A DNA stretch of 64,000 bases from positions 1-64,000 of IMG/VR virus record IMGVR_UViG_3300037313_001869. One strand, written 5' to 3'. Within the stretch, counting starts at the first letter, position 1, and the number at the start of each line of letters is the position of its first letter. This stretch comes from a virus (taxonomy: Duplodnaviria > Caudoviricetes). The translations under genes and the position numbers were made by a program. Below the pieces are notes generated by a model that did not search any database, was not told the DNA's origin, and saw only the letters and a list, made by a program, of their open reading frames with translations. This document shows positions 63,543-64,000 of this stretch, piece after piece.

Positions 63543-64000
63543 TGCTCGTACAAGCCATGACTCCGCGGCTCGTCTGGAACATGCAGGCGTTCCCGCGCAA
63601 CGTCGTCATCCTCACCGAATCCATGCCCGGCGTCTCACGGGGCCGGGTAATGGTCGGCTATACGACCGACTTTCAAGCGGGCCTCGCCGAGACGGCGGCC
63701 ATCGAGCCTCTGCGAGACATTTCGATCCGGGGCTCGGATGCGGTCGTCCACGAGTACGTGGTGCCCTTTCACCTGATCACCGACCTCCGAGGTCGCCTCG
63801 GTTCGACCGACGGCTTCCGGGTCACGGTCGAGTCGGCGCACCGGGGCGAACGAGCTACGTCGGGCTGGCTCGAACGGCGGGTCTCGTTCCTCCACCGCTT
63901 CCCCATCGAGGGTGGGGGCATCGTGCGAATGCGGATCGGGGACATGGAGATGGACTTCGCCAACCCCCACTTCGACCCCAAGGCGGAGCCGCCCGAAATC
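63542..64000 (+). CDS. hypothetical protein, 3'-partial
   Basis: Frame open from ATG 63542 (or 63557) to window end. Confidence 0.65.
   Translation, partial: MLVQAMTPRLVWNMQAFPRNVVILTESMPGVSRGRVMVGYTTDFQAGLAETAAIEPLRDISIRGSDAVVHEYVVPFHLITDLRGRLGSTDGFRVTVESAHRGERATSGWLERRVSFLHRFPIEGGGIVRMRIGDMEMDFANPHFDPKAEPPEI

Noticed and set aside
1-64000. Integron cassette array or CRISPR array as the explanation for the many short genes and repeated ends
   Set aside because: No attC-like palindromes, regular DNA repeats, integrase or cas genes; genes overlap by ATGA/TGATG and the repeat is at peptide level
1-64000. TAG or TGA stop-to-sense recoding
   Set aside because: All three standard stops end genes cleanly, often right after the tag or in start-stop overlaps

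Overview
High-GC, very gene-dense 64 kb segment that reads as the accessory/early region of a large (jumbo-type) tailed phage. The host cannot be assigned from this window. I call about 118 CDSs, mostly small hypothetical proteins in tightly coupled operons. Recognisable products: nucleoside-deoxyribosyltransferase-like/NUDIX fusion, DNA methyltransferase-SF2 helicase fusion, SNF2 helicase, N4/N6 DNA methyltransferase with a non-catalytic partner, two AAA+ ATPases, DUF262-like protein, NadD, MazG-like NTPase, orphan HicA, two HExxH metallopeptidase-like proteins and a truncated major-capsid-like protein. No tRNA, rRNA, CRISPR array, integrase or transposase was seen. Four window-wide patterns stand out. 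(1) TTA appears to act as a fourth stop codon: all 9 in-frame TTA codons I found by eye in probable genes sit where the gene should end, and none is internal. (2) About 47 otherwise unrelated proteins end in a shared peptide tag, (P)-[STND]-R-[FY]-[DE]-R-(acidic)-(hydrophobic)-stop. (3) There are two promoter-like motif classes: GGTGTA 9-14 nt before start codons (leaderless-like) and GGAAAA-N16-CGTC (ECF-sigma-like). (4) Two ORF-less hairpin RNA candidates follow the GGTGTA motif and carry anti-Shine-Dalgarno-like loops. Product calls come from motif recognition only; no database searches were run. CDS coordinates treat TTA as a stop where noted.
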